Positions 9,762-19,144 of a DNA stretch of 64,000 nt are shown piece by piece (the stretch's first letter is position 1; each line of letters opens with the position of its first letter). The notes under the pieces are model-generated. The model was given only the letters and a program-made list of their open reading frames with translations. It was not told where the DNA came from and did no database searches. Both the position numbers and the translations under genes were made by a program. Source of the DNA: Pirellulaceae bacterium (GTDB taxonomy: Bacteria > Planctomycetota > Planctomycetia > Pirellulales > Pirellulaceae); the NCBI GenBank assembly GCA_963714715.1, contig CAVQPV010000035.1:11407-75406 (forward strand), written 5' to 3'.

Positions 9762-9950
9762 AGAACAGCGGAGAAGCTTTTCAGCAATGTCACAACCGGT
9801 CAATCGTTGCCTTCGCTTGCTTCGGAGATCGCGGTGGACACCGATGCTCGACTGCAGTCGATGGTCGATGCCATCGACGCCGGGACGATTGCCGGTTTTG
9901 CCAAGTTGACCATCAGGCAAATCAATGGCGAAGCCCAGGCGGGAGCATAG
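9762..9950 (+). other. Orphan ExbD C-terminal-like coding remnant (62 codons, no start codon, no TM segment)
   Basis: This stretch is in frame with the repaired exbD C-terminus, directly after its TAG. ...SEIAVDTDARLQSMVDAIDAGTIAGFAKLTIRQI aligns with the C-terminus of the downstream ExbD paralog (...HEEAILQALVDGMDAGTIAGYSEIQVTQV), with about 13 identities in 27 positions by eye. Confidence 0.45.
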
Positions 9951-9962
9951 GTAAGCAAAAAG

Positions 9963-10706
9963 ATGTCGATTCAGGTTCAATGTGTTCAGTGCGGAGCGAG
10001 TCATCAGGTCAACGACCGGTTGGCTGGTCGGCGAGTGCGCTGTCCCGAGTGCGAGACAGCCATCCACGTTCCCGAGATCGAAGCCACGGCGGAGCCAGTG
10101 GAGGTCGAAGCGGTCGCCGCCGAAGCTGAGCCGATCGATGCGGTCGCCGAACCGCTGGAAGTCGAGGCGGTTGCGGCCGACGCGTTTCAGGCAGCCACGG
10201 CCGCGGTGACCGAACGTGACGGTTCCATCGCGTCGGGGAGTGCAATGGAAGACGACGAAGAGGACGAGAATCTCTTCGCCCGTCCCCAACGCGAACAAGA
10301 CGAACTCGACATGACTCCGATGGTCGATGTGACCTTTTTGTTGTTGATCTTTTTTATGGTCACCGCATCATTCAGTTTGCAGAAATCGATCGAGATGCCG
10401 CAGCAGCAAACCGACGCGCCCAGCACGCAAGCGATCGAGGAAGATCCCGAAGAATTAGATCAGGTCGAACTGCAAATTGACGAATTCGGTGGCTTCTTGG
10501 TCCTGGCCGCCGACTGGGAGGCGGAAACGCCGGGCAAGCAAAACCTGATCTCCAAGCTCCGTGAGGCGAAAGTTGCCGATGCTGCCAAGCTGATCATCAA
10601 AGTTCACGAAGAGGCGATCCTGCAAGCATTGGTCGACGGCATGGATGCGGGCACGATCGCCGGGTATTCCGAGATCCAAGTCACGCAGGTCGAGGATTTC
10701 GATTAA
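9963..10706 (+). CDS. Zinc-ribbon::ExbD/TolR fusion protein
   Basis: The N-terminus CVQCGASHQV...RVRCPECETAIHV carries two CxxC pairs. An acidic A/E/V/P repeat linker follows, then ELDMTPMVDVTFLLLIFFMVTASF (ExbD TM signature) and an ExbD-like periplasmic domain. Confidence 0.8.
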   Translation: MSIQVQCVQCGASHQVNDRLAGRRVRCPECETAIHVPEIEATAEPVEVEAVAAEAEPIDAVAEPLEVEAVAADAFQAATAAVTERDGSIASGSAMEDDEEDENLFARPQREQDELDMTPMVDVTFLLLIFFMVTASFSLQKSIEMPQQQTDAPSTQAIEEDPEELDQVELQIDEFGGFLVLAADWEAETPGKQNLISKLREAKVADAAKLIIKVHEEAILQALVDGMDAGTIAGYSEIQVTQVEDFD

Positions 10707-10791
10707 TCGAAGTGACGCTGACGACAATGTTGCGCGGCTGCCCCGTTACCATTTTTCCTAGTACTGACCGACAGATCTTATACAGATAAAC

Positions 10792-13338
10792 ATGCTTGCA
10801 AACGAATTGATTGATCGACTGGAGCGACTGGGGTTGCTGGACCAAGAGATCATCGAAGCACTCCGCGAACAGCTCGAACAAGGCGGCACTCGAGTCACAC
10901 CGGAGGCGGTCGCCAAGTTGTTGGTCGACAATGGCCAGCTGACTCGGTTTCAGGCGACCAAATTGATCGGTGAATTGCGGTCAGGTCAGTATGACGACGA
11001 TGATACCGAAGTCGCCGTGGTGGCTGAGGTTGACGAATTGGGAATCTTGCCCGAAGAGGGTGCCGAGGCCGAAGTGGTGGAGGTGGTCGCCGAAGCCGAA
11101 CCAGTCGCGGATGTTTTTGATGCCCAGCCGGTCGCCGAAGCGGTGGCGGTTGAGGCGATGCCCGTGGAAGCAACGCCCGCTGATGTCATGACGGGGGTTG
11201 GCGAAGTTCCACCCGAGCGGCCCGCAAGACGCCGTGTCAAACCCGAGCCGGAGAAGTCGGTTTGGGATTCATTCAAAATCTACGGGTATTTGGGAATCAT
11301 TGCCTTTTTGCTCCTCGCCGGCGGCGCTCTGTACTTCATTCTCAATCGGGATAACGCTGACGACGTGATCAAGATGGTCAATGATCTCTACAACCAGCAG
11401 AACTACGTCGGTGCCCAAGAGCGCGCTATCGATTTTCTTGACCTTTTTGGCGAGCACGATCAGTACTCCTCGCGAGCGAGAACCATCATCGTGATGACGG
11501 AGTTGTATCGTGCCGAAGGGATGAGCGATCCGACACGTGCCCTCGATTTGGCCAAAGAGAGGCTCCCGCAAATCGAAGAAGAAGAGGGGTTGGATCAAGA
11601 ACGCGGAAACCTGGCCGCCCTGTTGGTTGATATTGCTGACAACATTGCCGCCGCCGCCGGCAAATCAACCGAAACGGGCGAAAAGGAACAGCTGCTCACC
11701 AAGCTGGAAGAACAGTTGGCACTGACGGAGAATCCGCTGTACATGACGGCTTCGATGCGTAGCACCTTGGCCGGGCGGTTGAAAGCGGTGGAGGAAGCAA
11801 GGGCGCGTGTCGAACGCGATATTGATCGCAATAAGAGTCTTGACTTAGCCGTGGAAACAATGTCGGGGCTGCTGGACGAAAAGAAAACCAAAGAAGCGTA
11901 TGACACGCGTTTCGCGTTGCTGCGGCGTTTTCCCGAGCTGGACGATAATCCGCGGTTGACCGAGCTGATTTTGAAAGCGAGTGAGATTCAACAACAACTG
12001 GTCACCACTGCGGCCAAGAAACCCGATGTTGTCCCCGGAGGGCCCGACACGCAAACAGGAAAGTCGATTGTGCTGACAAGCTTGCAGGGCGGCAAGGCAA
12101 TGGGGCTTCGCAACGAGATCCTTTATCTCAGGGCGGCGGGGTCCGTGATTGCACTCGAGGGCGAGACGGGCAACTTGTTGTGGCGACGATTCGTCGGTGA
12201 CGAGCAACAACACGAACCGGTGCGGCTGGAGGGCGGCGAAGGAGTTCTGCTCAGTGATTCGGCAAGGCTCGAGATCCAGCGTTGTAAAGGTAGTGATGGG
12301 GCGGTGCGCTGGCGTTCGCAAATCGACGAACCCTTCAGCGAACCGATTGCTATTGATGATGAGATCTATGCAGCGACAATTTCAGGGACCTGCTTTGCCT
12401 TGGACGTCGAATCGGGTGAGGCCAAGTGGGCCACCCAGATTCCTCAACCCCTGGAAGTCAGCCCCGGTGTCGACAGTCGTCTGGGTCGTGCCTACCTGCC
12501 CGGTGACCACAGCAATCTGTACGTCTTGAATGCCAAGGATGGCTCTTGTCTGCAAAGCTACTACATCGGTCACGCCGAGGGCACTATTGCGGTTCCACCG
12601 ATCCCGCTGCTGGGATATGTCTTCGTGGTTGAGAACCGCGGCAGCGACTATTGCAATGTTCACATTCTGAAGGCCGATGAATCGGGGCAGAATCTCCAGC
12701 GCGCTCAGGATCCGGTGCGGATGACGGGGAATGTCAGGGTCGCGCCCACGATCGTTGATAAGCGCCGCGTGATCGTTTTGACCGATCGTGGTCAGGTTTC
12801 GGTTCTTGACGTCGAATCGATGACCGAAAACCAACAAGTCACGGTGCTGGCGGAGCAAGTCGCGTCTTACGATCAGCCCACGGCGACGCAGATGGCTGTT
12901 GGAGCCAGCCAAATGTGGATCACGGGAACACGCATTGGTCGCTATAAATTGCAAATCAGCATGGGGCGGGTGATCCCCGATTGGTTCCAGCACGAAGGTG
13001 ACTTGTTCATCGATAAACCGTTCGCCACGGATGAGGCCTTGGTGCACGCCCGCATCCTCCGCGGCACCACCGCAATTCGTGTGACCGCGGCCGAACCGGT
13101 CACCGGCGAAGAGTTGTGGCGAAACGATGTCGGCGTGCCGGTCGCGATGCTGATGCGTGCCCCGGGCGGCAACAGTTTCCATGCCGTGACCACGCAAGGT
13201 GCCCTTTTTGAACTCGACCGCGAATCCTTGACTTCCGGTTCCACGCAGGGGCCGATCGAGAATCCGGGAGGCGACGGCGTCGTCGATGCGATTTCGAGAA
13301 TCCGGTCGAGGTTGATGAAACACGGCGAGTGCTTTTGA
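10792..13338 (+). CDS. Membrane-anchored TPR-like / PQQ-like beta-propeller repeat protein (BamB-like fold). The true C-terminus probably continues to 14173.
   Basis: 848-aa ORF. It has an N-terminal helical segment, an acidic AEAEP-type repeat and a TM (IYGYLGIIAFLLLAGGALYFIL). A helical repeat region follows, then propeller-type repeats (GETGNLLWRRFVG, VESGEAKWATQI, NAKDGSCLQ, PVTGEELWRNDVG). From ~13285 a second frame (FENPVEVDETRRVLLNQEVNGQILVYDPS) looks like the real continuation, so the stop at 13338 is probably an artefact. Confidence 0.7.
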   Translation: MLANELIDRLERLGLLDQEIIEALREQLEQGGTRVTPEAVAKLLVDNGQLTRFQATKLIGELRSGQYDDDDTEVAVVAEVDELGILPEEGAEAEVVEVVAEAEPVADVFDAQPVAEAVAVEAMPVEATPADVMTGVGEVPPERPARRRVKPEPEKSVWDSFKIYGYLGIIAFLLLAGGALYFILNRDNADDVIKMVNDLYNQQNYVGAQERAIDFLDLFGEHDQYSSRARTIIVMTELYRAEGMSDPTRALDLAKERLPQIEEEEGLDQERGNLAALLVDIADNIAAAAGKSTETGEKEQLLTKLEEQLALTENPLYMTASMRSTLAGRLKAVEEARARVERDIDRNKSLDLAVETMSGLLDEKKTKEAYDTRFALLRRFPELDDNPRLTELILKASEIQQQLVTTAAKKPDVVPGGPDTQTGKSIVLTSLQGGKAMGLRNEILYLRAAGSVIALEGETGNLLWRRFVGDEQQHEPVRLEGGEGVLLSDSARLEIQRCKGSDGAVRWRSQIDEPFSEPIAIDDEIYAATISGTCFALDVESGEAKWATQIPQPLEVSPGVDSRLGRAYLPGDHSNLYVLNAKDGSCLQSYYIGHAEGTIAVPPIPLLGYVFVVENRGSDYCNVHILKADESGQNLQRAQDPVRMTGNVRVAPTIVDKRRVIVLTDRGQVSVLDVESMTENQQVTVLAEQVASYDQPTATQMAVGASQMWITGTRIGRYKLQISMGRVIPDWFQHEGDLFIDKPFATDEALVHARILRGTTAIRVTAAEPVTGEELWRNDVGVPVAMLMRAPGGNSFHAVTTQGALFELDRESLTSGSTQGPIENPGGDGVVDAISRIRSRLMKHGECF

Positions 13339-14173
13339 ATCAAGAAGTCAATGGACAGATCTTGGTTTACGATCCGTCACGTACTCGTCGAGAAGTTACG
13401 ATTGGTGACGCTGAGTCTGCCGGACGGTCGTGTCGTCTGGCGGAGGCTTGATTTCAGGAGGTGGGTTGTTCTTGCTGCTTACAGCGGTCGCGCCGTGTTG
13501 ATGCGACTATCGAAACCGGTGCTCCCTTGGGCAGCCCATTTCAACCAGCCAGTGATCCAACCGGTCGGTGCAGTGGACCAACGGGTTCGCTTGCCGGACG
13601 ATCCTGACCAGATTGTCGTCGCTGATAGTCGCAAGAATCTGTATCGGTTGCGCGTTGGCGAACAGATTCGTCGACGTTGGCGAAGACGCAATTGAAAAGT
13701 GCCGTTTCTCGGTCGCCTCGCCGCGGTGAAGCAGACGATGATCGGTACGACCGCAGGTCCGGCCGCTGATTACATCGTTGGGCACGACTTGGTTAGCTTG
13801 GATCAGAAATTCAAGAACTATTGGATGGACGCGTGGCTTGGGGACCGGTGTCGATCGGTGAGACTGTCTTGGTGCAGACGGATGATTCGGTTCTTCGCGC
13901 TTACGATGATGCCGGCGAAGCAGCGGTTCTCGGCTGAAGTTGCCAGCCGGAACGCCGATTGGAAGCCCAGAAATTGTCGGCGACAAAATCATGCTGGCGG
14001 GACGGACCGGTTGGATTCTGATGATTGACCAAGCATCCGGTGACATCGTTGGCCAAACGGATTTGGGGCAGCCAATCTCGGCGACTCCCTTGGCGGTCGG
14101 CAGTCAGTTGTTGGTGCCCGGCACTGAAGGAGTCGTCTACATCACACCAGTTCCTGAGCGGATAGATCAGTGA
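13339..14173 (+). pseudogene. Frame-scrambled C-terminal continuation of the PQQ-like propeller protein (at least 5-6 frame changes)
   Basis: Propeller-like peptides are readable in alternating frames: SGGGLISGGGLFLLLT, DATIETGAPLGSPFQPASDP, DQIVVADSRKNLYRLRVGEQI and ETVLVQTDDSVLRAYDDAGEAAV. The last piece is ORF 13940..14173, LPAGTPIGSPEIVGDKIMLAGRTGWILMIDQASGDIVGQTDLGQPISATPLAVGSQLLVPGTEGVVYITPV. Confidence 0.6.
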
Positions 14174-14186
14174 GTGTGAATGCCCT

Positions 14187-16568
14187 ATGAGACGCGTTTC
14201 GTTGAACATAACAGTTGCAATCCGAATGTTATCCGCCCGGTCGGATATCGATGCGTCGGCGCGATCCTGGCGCGCTGATGGACTTGGTTGCCTGCTGATT
14301 CCAACGGCATCAGCTCAGATCATTGTTAATTATGCGGAGCAAGGGCAGCCTCCCGAAGCTGGTTTGGAGCTACTGCAAGAGGAAGAGCACGACATCATCT
14401 TCTTCAAGGAGTCGGCGGGCGGTGGTTGGGTCAAAGTTCACTTGCTGCCGTTTCCACAACGTAAGATCCCAGCTAAGCCGACGGGCACTCTGAAGTTCGC
14501 AATTGTCGACATCGAAGGTAGGGAGTTCGCGGCCAAATGGAGTGACATTGAACGCATCGATCTTTGGGAAGAACGGCTGGAACGAGAGACCAAGGAGCGG
14601 ATCGCGAAAAGTGATTTTGCCGGTGCCTATCCATTCTTGTCGGTGCTGATTCGAGACTTTCCCAATCGCCCGGGCTTACGGCAGATCCGCAGTGACTTTA
14701 TTTGGAACAACGCGATTGATTACGCCAAGAAGGGACAACGCAACGCCACCTTGGCGATGTTGGAGGAACTGCGACGTTATGCACCTGAGTACAACCGGTT
14801 ACAGGTGCTTCGTGCCATCGACGCGACCTTCAATCAGTTGCTGGAAACGATGGTTGCCGATGGCCAGCTGGGGTTGGCACAACGACTGCTTGCCAGGGTG
14901 GAAAGCGATTACCAAGGTGAGCGAATTCAGTCGGTCACCAGGTGGAACCAAGAGTTTCTGAAGATGGCGACGGCCAAACGCAACGAAGCGATTGCCGCTC
15001 GTGATGCCAAGGAATATCGACAGGCGCGACAATTGGCCCGTGAAAGCGTTTATCTAAAGCCCGATCTACCGGGCGGCAAAGCGTTGATCAAAGAGATCGA
15101 CACGATCTATCCGTTGGTGAATGTTGGCGTGTTGCAGTCGGCATCGGTCATGGATCCGACGCGGATCGACAATTGGGCCTCGCGCCGCGCTGGTCGCTTG
15201 CTGTATCGCACGTTGTTTGAAATGAAAGGTGCGGGGCCCGAGGGTGGTGAGTACGACTTTATCTTCGGTGAAACCGAAATCAGCCCGGACCGAATGACCT
15301 ACGATCTGCTCTTGGAGCCCGAGAAACTCTTGCCGCCGCTTGACCGCATCAACGGTTTTTTTTTGGCGGACATGATGGCGGATCGGGCACGTGAGGATAC
15401 TGAATTCTATTTCGCCCCTTGGGCCGCGGCCGTCCAGGCGATCGGTCTTGATGGCCCAACACACGTTCAATGTATCTTGCGTCGACCTCATGTGATGCCT
15501 AGCGCTCTGTTGCAGATCAAGGTTGACGGCAGCTGGCTGGGAGGTGAACCGGATTCGCCAACAGGTGCTTATCGGATTGACGTGAAGGAAGACGATTTGG
15601 TGCGATACGTTCTTTTCGGCAAGCCGGAGACCGCAACGAAACCACGCGAGATCGTCGAAATTCGCTGCGCGTCGGCATCAGACGCGGTTGGCAAATTACT
15701 GCAAGGCGAAGTGGATGTGTTGGACCAGTTGTTCCCCGCCGATGCGATTCGCCTGCAAGACAACCGATCAGTCCGCGTCTCGAACTATCCGCTCCCGAGT
15801 GTCCACATGCTGGTGCCATGCTCGGAGCATCCCTATGTGGCTGAGCGTACGTTTCGTCGCGGTTTGTTGTATGGCATCAACCGTAATGACATTTTGACGG
15901 GAGAGTTGTTGGAGAGCATGGACTTGCCCGGCTGCCGCGTCATCTCAGGACCGTTTCCCGCCGGCATCGAAATCAATGATCCGCTCGGTTACGCGTACGA
16001 TCAATCGATCGAACCGCGACCCTTCGAGCCAAGTCTGGCGAAATTGTTGCTCACGATGAACGCAAACCAAATGAAGGCGGCGGCGGAACGCAAGAAAGAG
16101 GAGCCGCCCAAGATGACGCCCCTGCGATTGGCGTTCCCTGCCGACAACTTGTCGCGAGTCGCCTGCGAAGCAATCCGCAGTCAGTGGATGCTGCTGGGAT
16201 TGGAAGTTGAGTTGGTTGAATTACCGGTCGGTCGTACTTATCCGGATGAAGGCACTGCCGACATCGTGTATGTCGCCGCCGCGGTCTGGGAACCGGTCAT
16301 CGACGCCCGGCGACTACTTGGTCCCGAGGGTCTGGCTGGCAGCGCTGATCAATTGGTTGGCTTGGGGCTCAGAAGGTTGGAGGAAGCAAAGAATTGGAAA
16401 GAAGTGCGCGACAGATTGCTCACGTTACACTCGATCGCACATCATGAATTGCCGGTCATTCCGCTTTGGCAGTTGGTTGATTCCTACGCTTACCGTCGTG
16501 AGTTATTGGGAGTCGGCCGCGGCATCGTTTCGCTGTACCAAAACGCTGAGAATTGGAGATTCGAGTGA
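14187..16568 (+). CDS. Extracellular solute-binding-protein family 5 (peptide/nickel SBP)-like domain protein with an N-terminal helical-repeat region
   Basis: Intact 793-aa ORF. The C-terminal ~450 aa resemble SBP_bac_5 (YRIDVKEDDLVRYVLFG...IVEIRCASASDAVGKLLQGEVDVLDQLFPADAIRL...RTFRRGLLYGINRNDIL...SLAKLLL). No ABC permease or ATPase genes are adjacent. Confidence 0.5.
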   Translation: MRRVSLNITVAIRMLSARSDIDASARSWRADGLGCLLIPTASAQIIVNYAEQGQPPEAGLELLQEEEHDIIFFKESAGGGWVKVHLLPFPQRKIPAKPTGTLKFAIVDIEGREFAAKWSDIERIDLWEERLERETKERIAKSDFAGAYPFLSVLIRDFPNRPGLRQIRSDFIWNNAIDYAKKGQRNATLAMLEELRRYAPEYNRLQVLRAIDATFNQLLETMVADGQLGLAQRLLARVESDYQGERIQSVTRWNQEFLKMATAKRNEAIAARDAKEYRQARQLARESVYLKPDLPGGKALIKEIDTIYPLVNVGVLQSASVMDPTRIDNWASRRAGRLLYRTLFEMKGAGPEGGEYDFIFGETEISPDRMTYDLLLEPEKLLPPLDRINGFFLADMMADRAREDTEFYFAPWAAAVQAIGLDGPTHVQCILRRPHVMPSALLQIKVDGSWLGGEPDSPTGAYRIDVKEDDLVRYVLFGKPETATKPREIVEIRCASASDAVGKLLQGEVDVLDQLFPADAIRLQDNRSVRVSNYPLPSVHMLVPCSEHPYVAERTFRRGLLYGINRNDILTGELLESMDLPGCRVISGPFPAGIEINDPLGYAYDQSIEPRPFEPSLAKLLLTMNANQMKAAAERKKEEPPKMTPLRLAFPADNLSRVACEAIRSQWMLLGLEVELVELPVGRTYPDEGTADIVYVAAAVWEPVIDARRLLGPEGLAGSADQLVGLGLRRLEEAKNWKEVRDRLLTLHSIAHHELPVIPLWQLVDSYAYRRELLGVGRGIVSLYQNAENWRFE

Positions 16569-18575
16569 AGGACAAGCTGCACGAAGCCATTCGCATCCCC
16601 CTGCTGGCCGCTTTGGCCTGTTTGTTGCTTGGCGGCGTATTGCTGGCAGCCGATTCGGAAGTCTCGACGCCATCAATCTCAGCGTCACCCGAGCCCTACG
16701 ACGATACCGCTCCGCTTGAGGAAGAGAAGATCGAACCGTGGGACTATTCAGCTTATCGCGTCTTGATCTGGGTCGTCTCGGATGACGCCCATGTCAATGC
16801 CTTGACGCTTGAGCGACCGTTGCAGGCATTTTTGGATCGTGATTTCGCTTCGATTTGGCGCGTCACCATCGCCGATGCTCCCACCGCTGTCCATACCGGC
16901 GCGACGCGAGATATCGGGTCGCTGAGCTACGACAGCATGGTTGCCTCGGATCCGGTCCTGGCAGTCAAGCGAAACCACGAAGATGCCATCCGCATCCGCT
17001 TCGCCTCAGACGTTGCTGAGTTCTGCAGCAAGGTTTACAGCACTCACGGATTGATCGAGGAAACGAAACGTCGTGGAGCGGAGGCTGGCGATGAATCGGT
17101 CGCCGGTGTGGCGGAGAAATTCGAAGCGGTCGAAGGCGACGCCCTGATCGTGCGCGACAAGTGGGCGGAAGAAACCACCGAGGCGGTGCTGGTCTCGCAC
17201 GGGATGGCGATGACCTTGACGGAGCCAGAAGCGAAGATCATCGCACCGCCGATCAGCGGGCGAATCTCTGACGCAATCGACCAGTACGACAAGATTTTTG
17301 TTGTCCGGATTGATCAGACCGTCTTCCCGCATGCCGTTTCGGTGATTGAAGTGGAAACGTTGATGCGTTTCGTCGGCGCGGCTGTCAGCGAGCAATATGT
17401 TGGCCGTGAAGACTTGCCGGCTGCCGTCGGCCGGGGTCTGACGCGTGCGTTCTCACCCGTCGTGCGAATTGATGATGCCGGTCAACGCACCGCCGCCGGG
17501 TTGCTGCGAGCTGGTGGGTTGATTCTGAAGCCGAATTCGCCGGCGGCTGTTTCCGTGGATGATGTCTTGCAGCCCATGGTGCGCAAGGATGATCGCAACG
17601 GTAAACCGATCATGATTGGGCCGATGGATTGGGCGTTCCTGGTCACGGAAAAAGTCGAAGGCCCACGGGTGGAAATGGGATTCTATGCCGGTCGGACCGG
17701 AGGACTGCAGGGGCGACAAAATAAGCGCACGTTTCGCATCGCGCTGAAGGTCACACCTGCTGGAGATTCCACGCTGATTCGCTTGCATGCCAAAGGGGAT
17801 GAGGATGCACCACTGATCGGCTACGAGTTCTACCAGAAAGAGCTGAAGTCAACGAAAATGACATTCATCGGGCGGACCGACTGGAACGGACGCTTGCGCG
17901 TTGAGCGGACCGAAAGACCCGCTGCGATTGCTGTACGTCAAGAATGGCGGCGCCGTACTCGCCAGACTCCCTGTTGTTCCGGGGTTCACTCCCTTGGAGA
18001 AAGCGGATCTGGCTGGAGACGATATGCGATTGGAGGCCGAGGCATACATACGAGGTGTTGAGAACGCGATCGTCGACCTGGTCGCAATTCGCAAGTTGTT
18101 GGCCGCTCGTGTGCGTCTGTGGCTTTACAAGGGCGAGATGGAAAAAGCCGAAGAGTTGCTCAACCTGCTCCGCGAACAGCCCTCCAACGAAAAGCTGGCC
18201 AATGATATGGGCAAGAAGCAAACGATGTATCTGAAAGCCATCGGCACGCGTAACGCGAATCAGCGGCGGAAAGTCGATGATATGTTCAAAATCACTCGCG
18301 AGACGCTCAGCAAGCTGATCAACCCGCGTGATCTTCGTATCTTGGAAGAGGATTTCTTGCTCGCCAAAAAGAATGGCGGCAAGCTAAGTCGTCCTGACGA
18401 AAAGGCGGATGAAGACGATCCGACCGCCAACGATGTGACAACCGATGCTGCTCAGGAAGCGGCCGCGGAAAAGTGCACCAGCGAAGAGTGCACGTTCCCG
18501 TATTTCGCGTGCTCGGAACCTCTCACTCGTCGCGCCAAGTCGGACGCTTTCGCCGTGCCTTGGGATGATGTGTGA
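16565..18575 (+). pseudogene. Hypothetical exported/membrane protein, last gene of the exbBD cluster; frame-broken near 17900-17912
   Basis: GTG 16565 overlaps the upstream stop (GTGA); TTG 16553 is an alternative. The N-terminus KDKLHEAIRIPLLAALACLLLGGVLLAA is signal/TM-like. ...GRTDWNGRLRVE continues as KDPLRLLYVKNGGAVLARLPVVPG in ORF 17901..18575. I recognise no known domain. Confidence 0.55.
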
Positions 18576-18988
18576 TGATCTTAAACGTCGCGTCGCGGCC
18601 GGATAGCTTTTTTCCCTGCGGTCGATCGGTGGGGCGAACCACCGTCGCACGCAGCTTCTGTTCGTTGGCGAAGTGGTCGTCGTCGATCTCAAATTCGACC
18701 CACGTATCGACTAAAGTCTCCGCCAAGCCGTCGCTGCTTGGTGGTTGACGGTCGCTCAGCGTTCGCACGACGATCTGTCACGCGATCGTCCCTTCTGTTC
18801 ACCGGTTCGTTGCCAGTGGGGCCATCCCAGACCGTGCGGTGAAAGAACACATCCTCGCGAAAGTCTTCTGCTTCGATGAACCCAAATTCGCCTTTCTCGT
18901 TGATGAATTTGACCGTCCCCAACCGCAGTCGCTGGATGCGAAAACGTTTCTTGGGTTCGTCATCGTCAGATGATTGAGACTTGGACAC
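18523..18988 (-). pseudogene. Cold-shock-domain (CspA-like) protein with extensions; frame-broken near 18770-18800
   Basis: LGTVKFINEKGEFGFIEAEDFREDVFFH is the RNP1/RNP2 region of the cold-shock domain (CSD). The rest of the barrel (TLVDTWVEFEIDDDHFANEQKLRATVVRP) is in ORF 18523..18768. Confidence 0.65.
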
Positions 18989-19144
18989 AGAGGTTTCAGT
19001 TTAAATGGCTGGGAGGGACGAGGCTCAACGCCGTTAAGGGTTTTTCAGCGTCATGGCGACAGCCCTATGGTTCTTCAACGCCGTAGTGTAGGACCGCTGG
19101 GCCGGCGAACATCCGCTCACAGGAACTTCGCCCCGAGACGCCGC

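Noticed and set aside
12382-13323. 313-aa minus-strand ORF
   Set aside because: It is antisense to the propeller-repeat gene. Its composition is Arg/Gly/His-rich and typical of antisense translation of GC-rich coding DNA.
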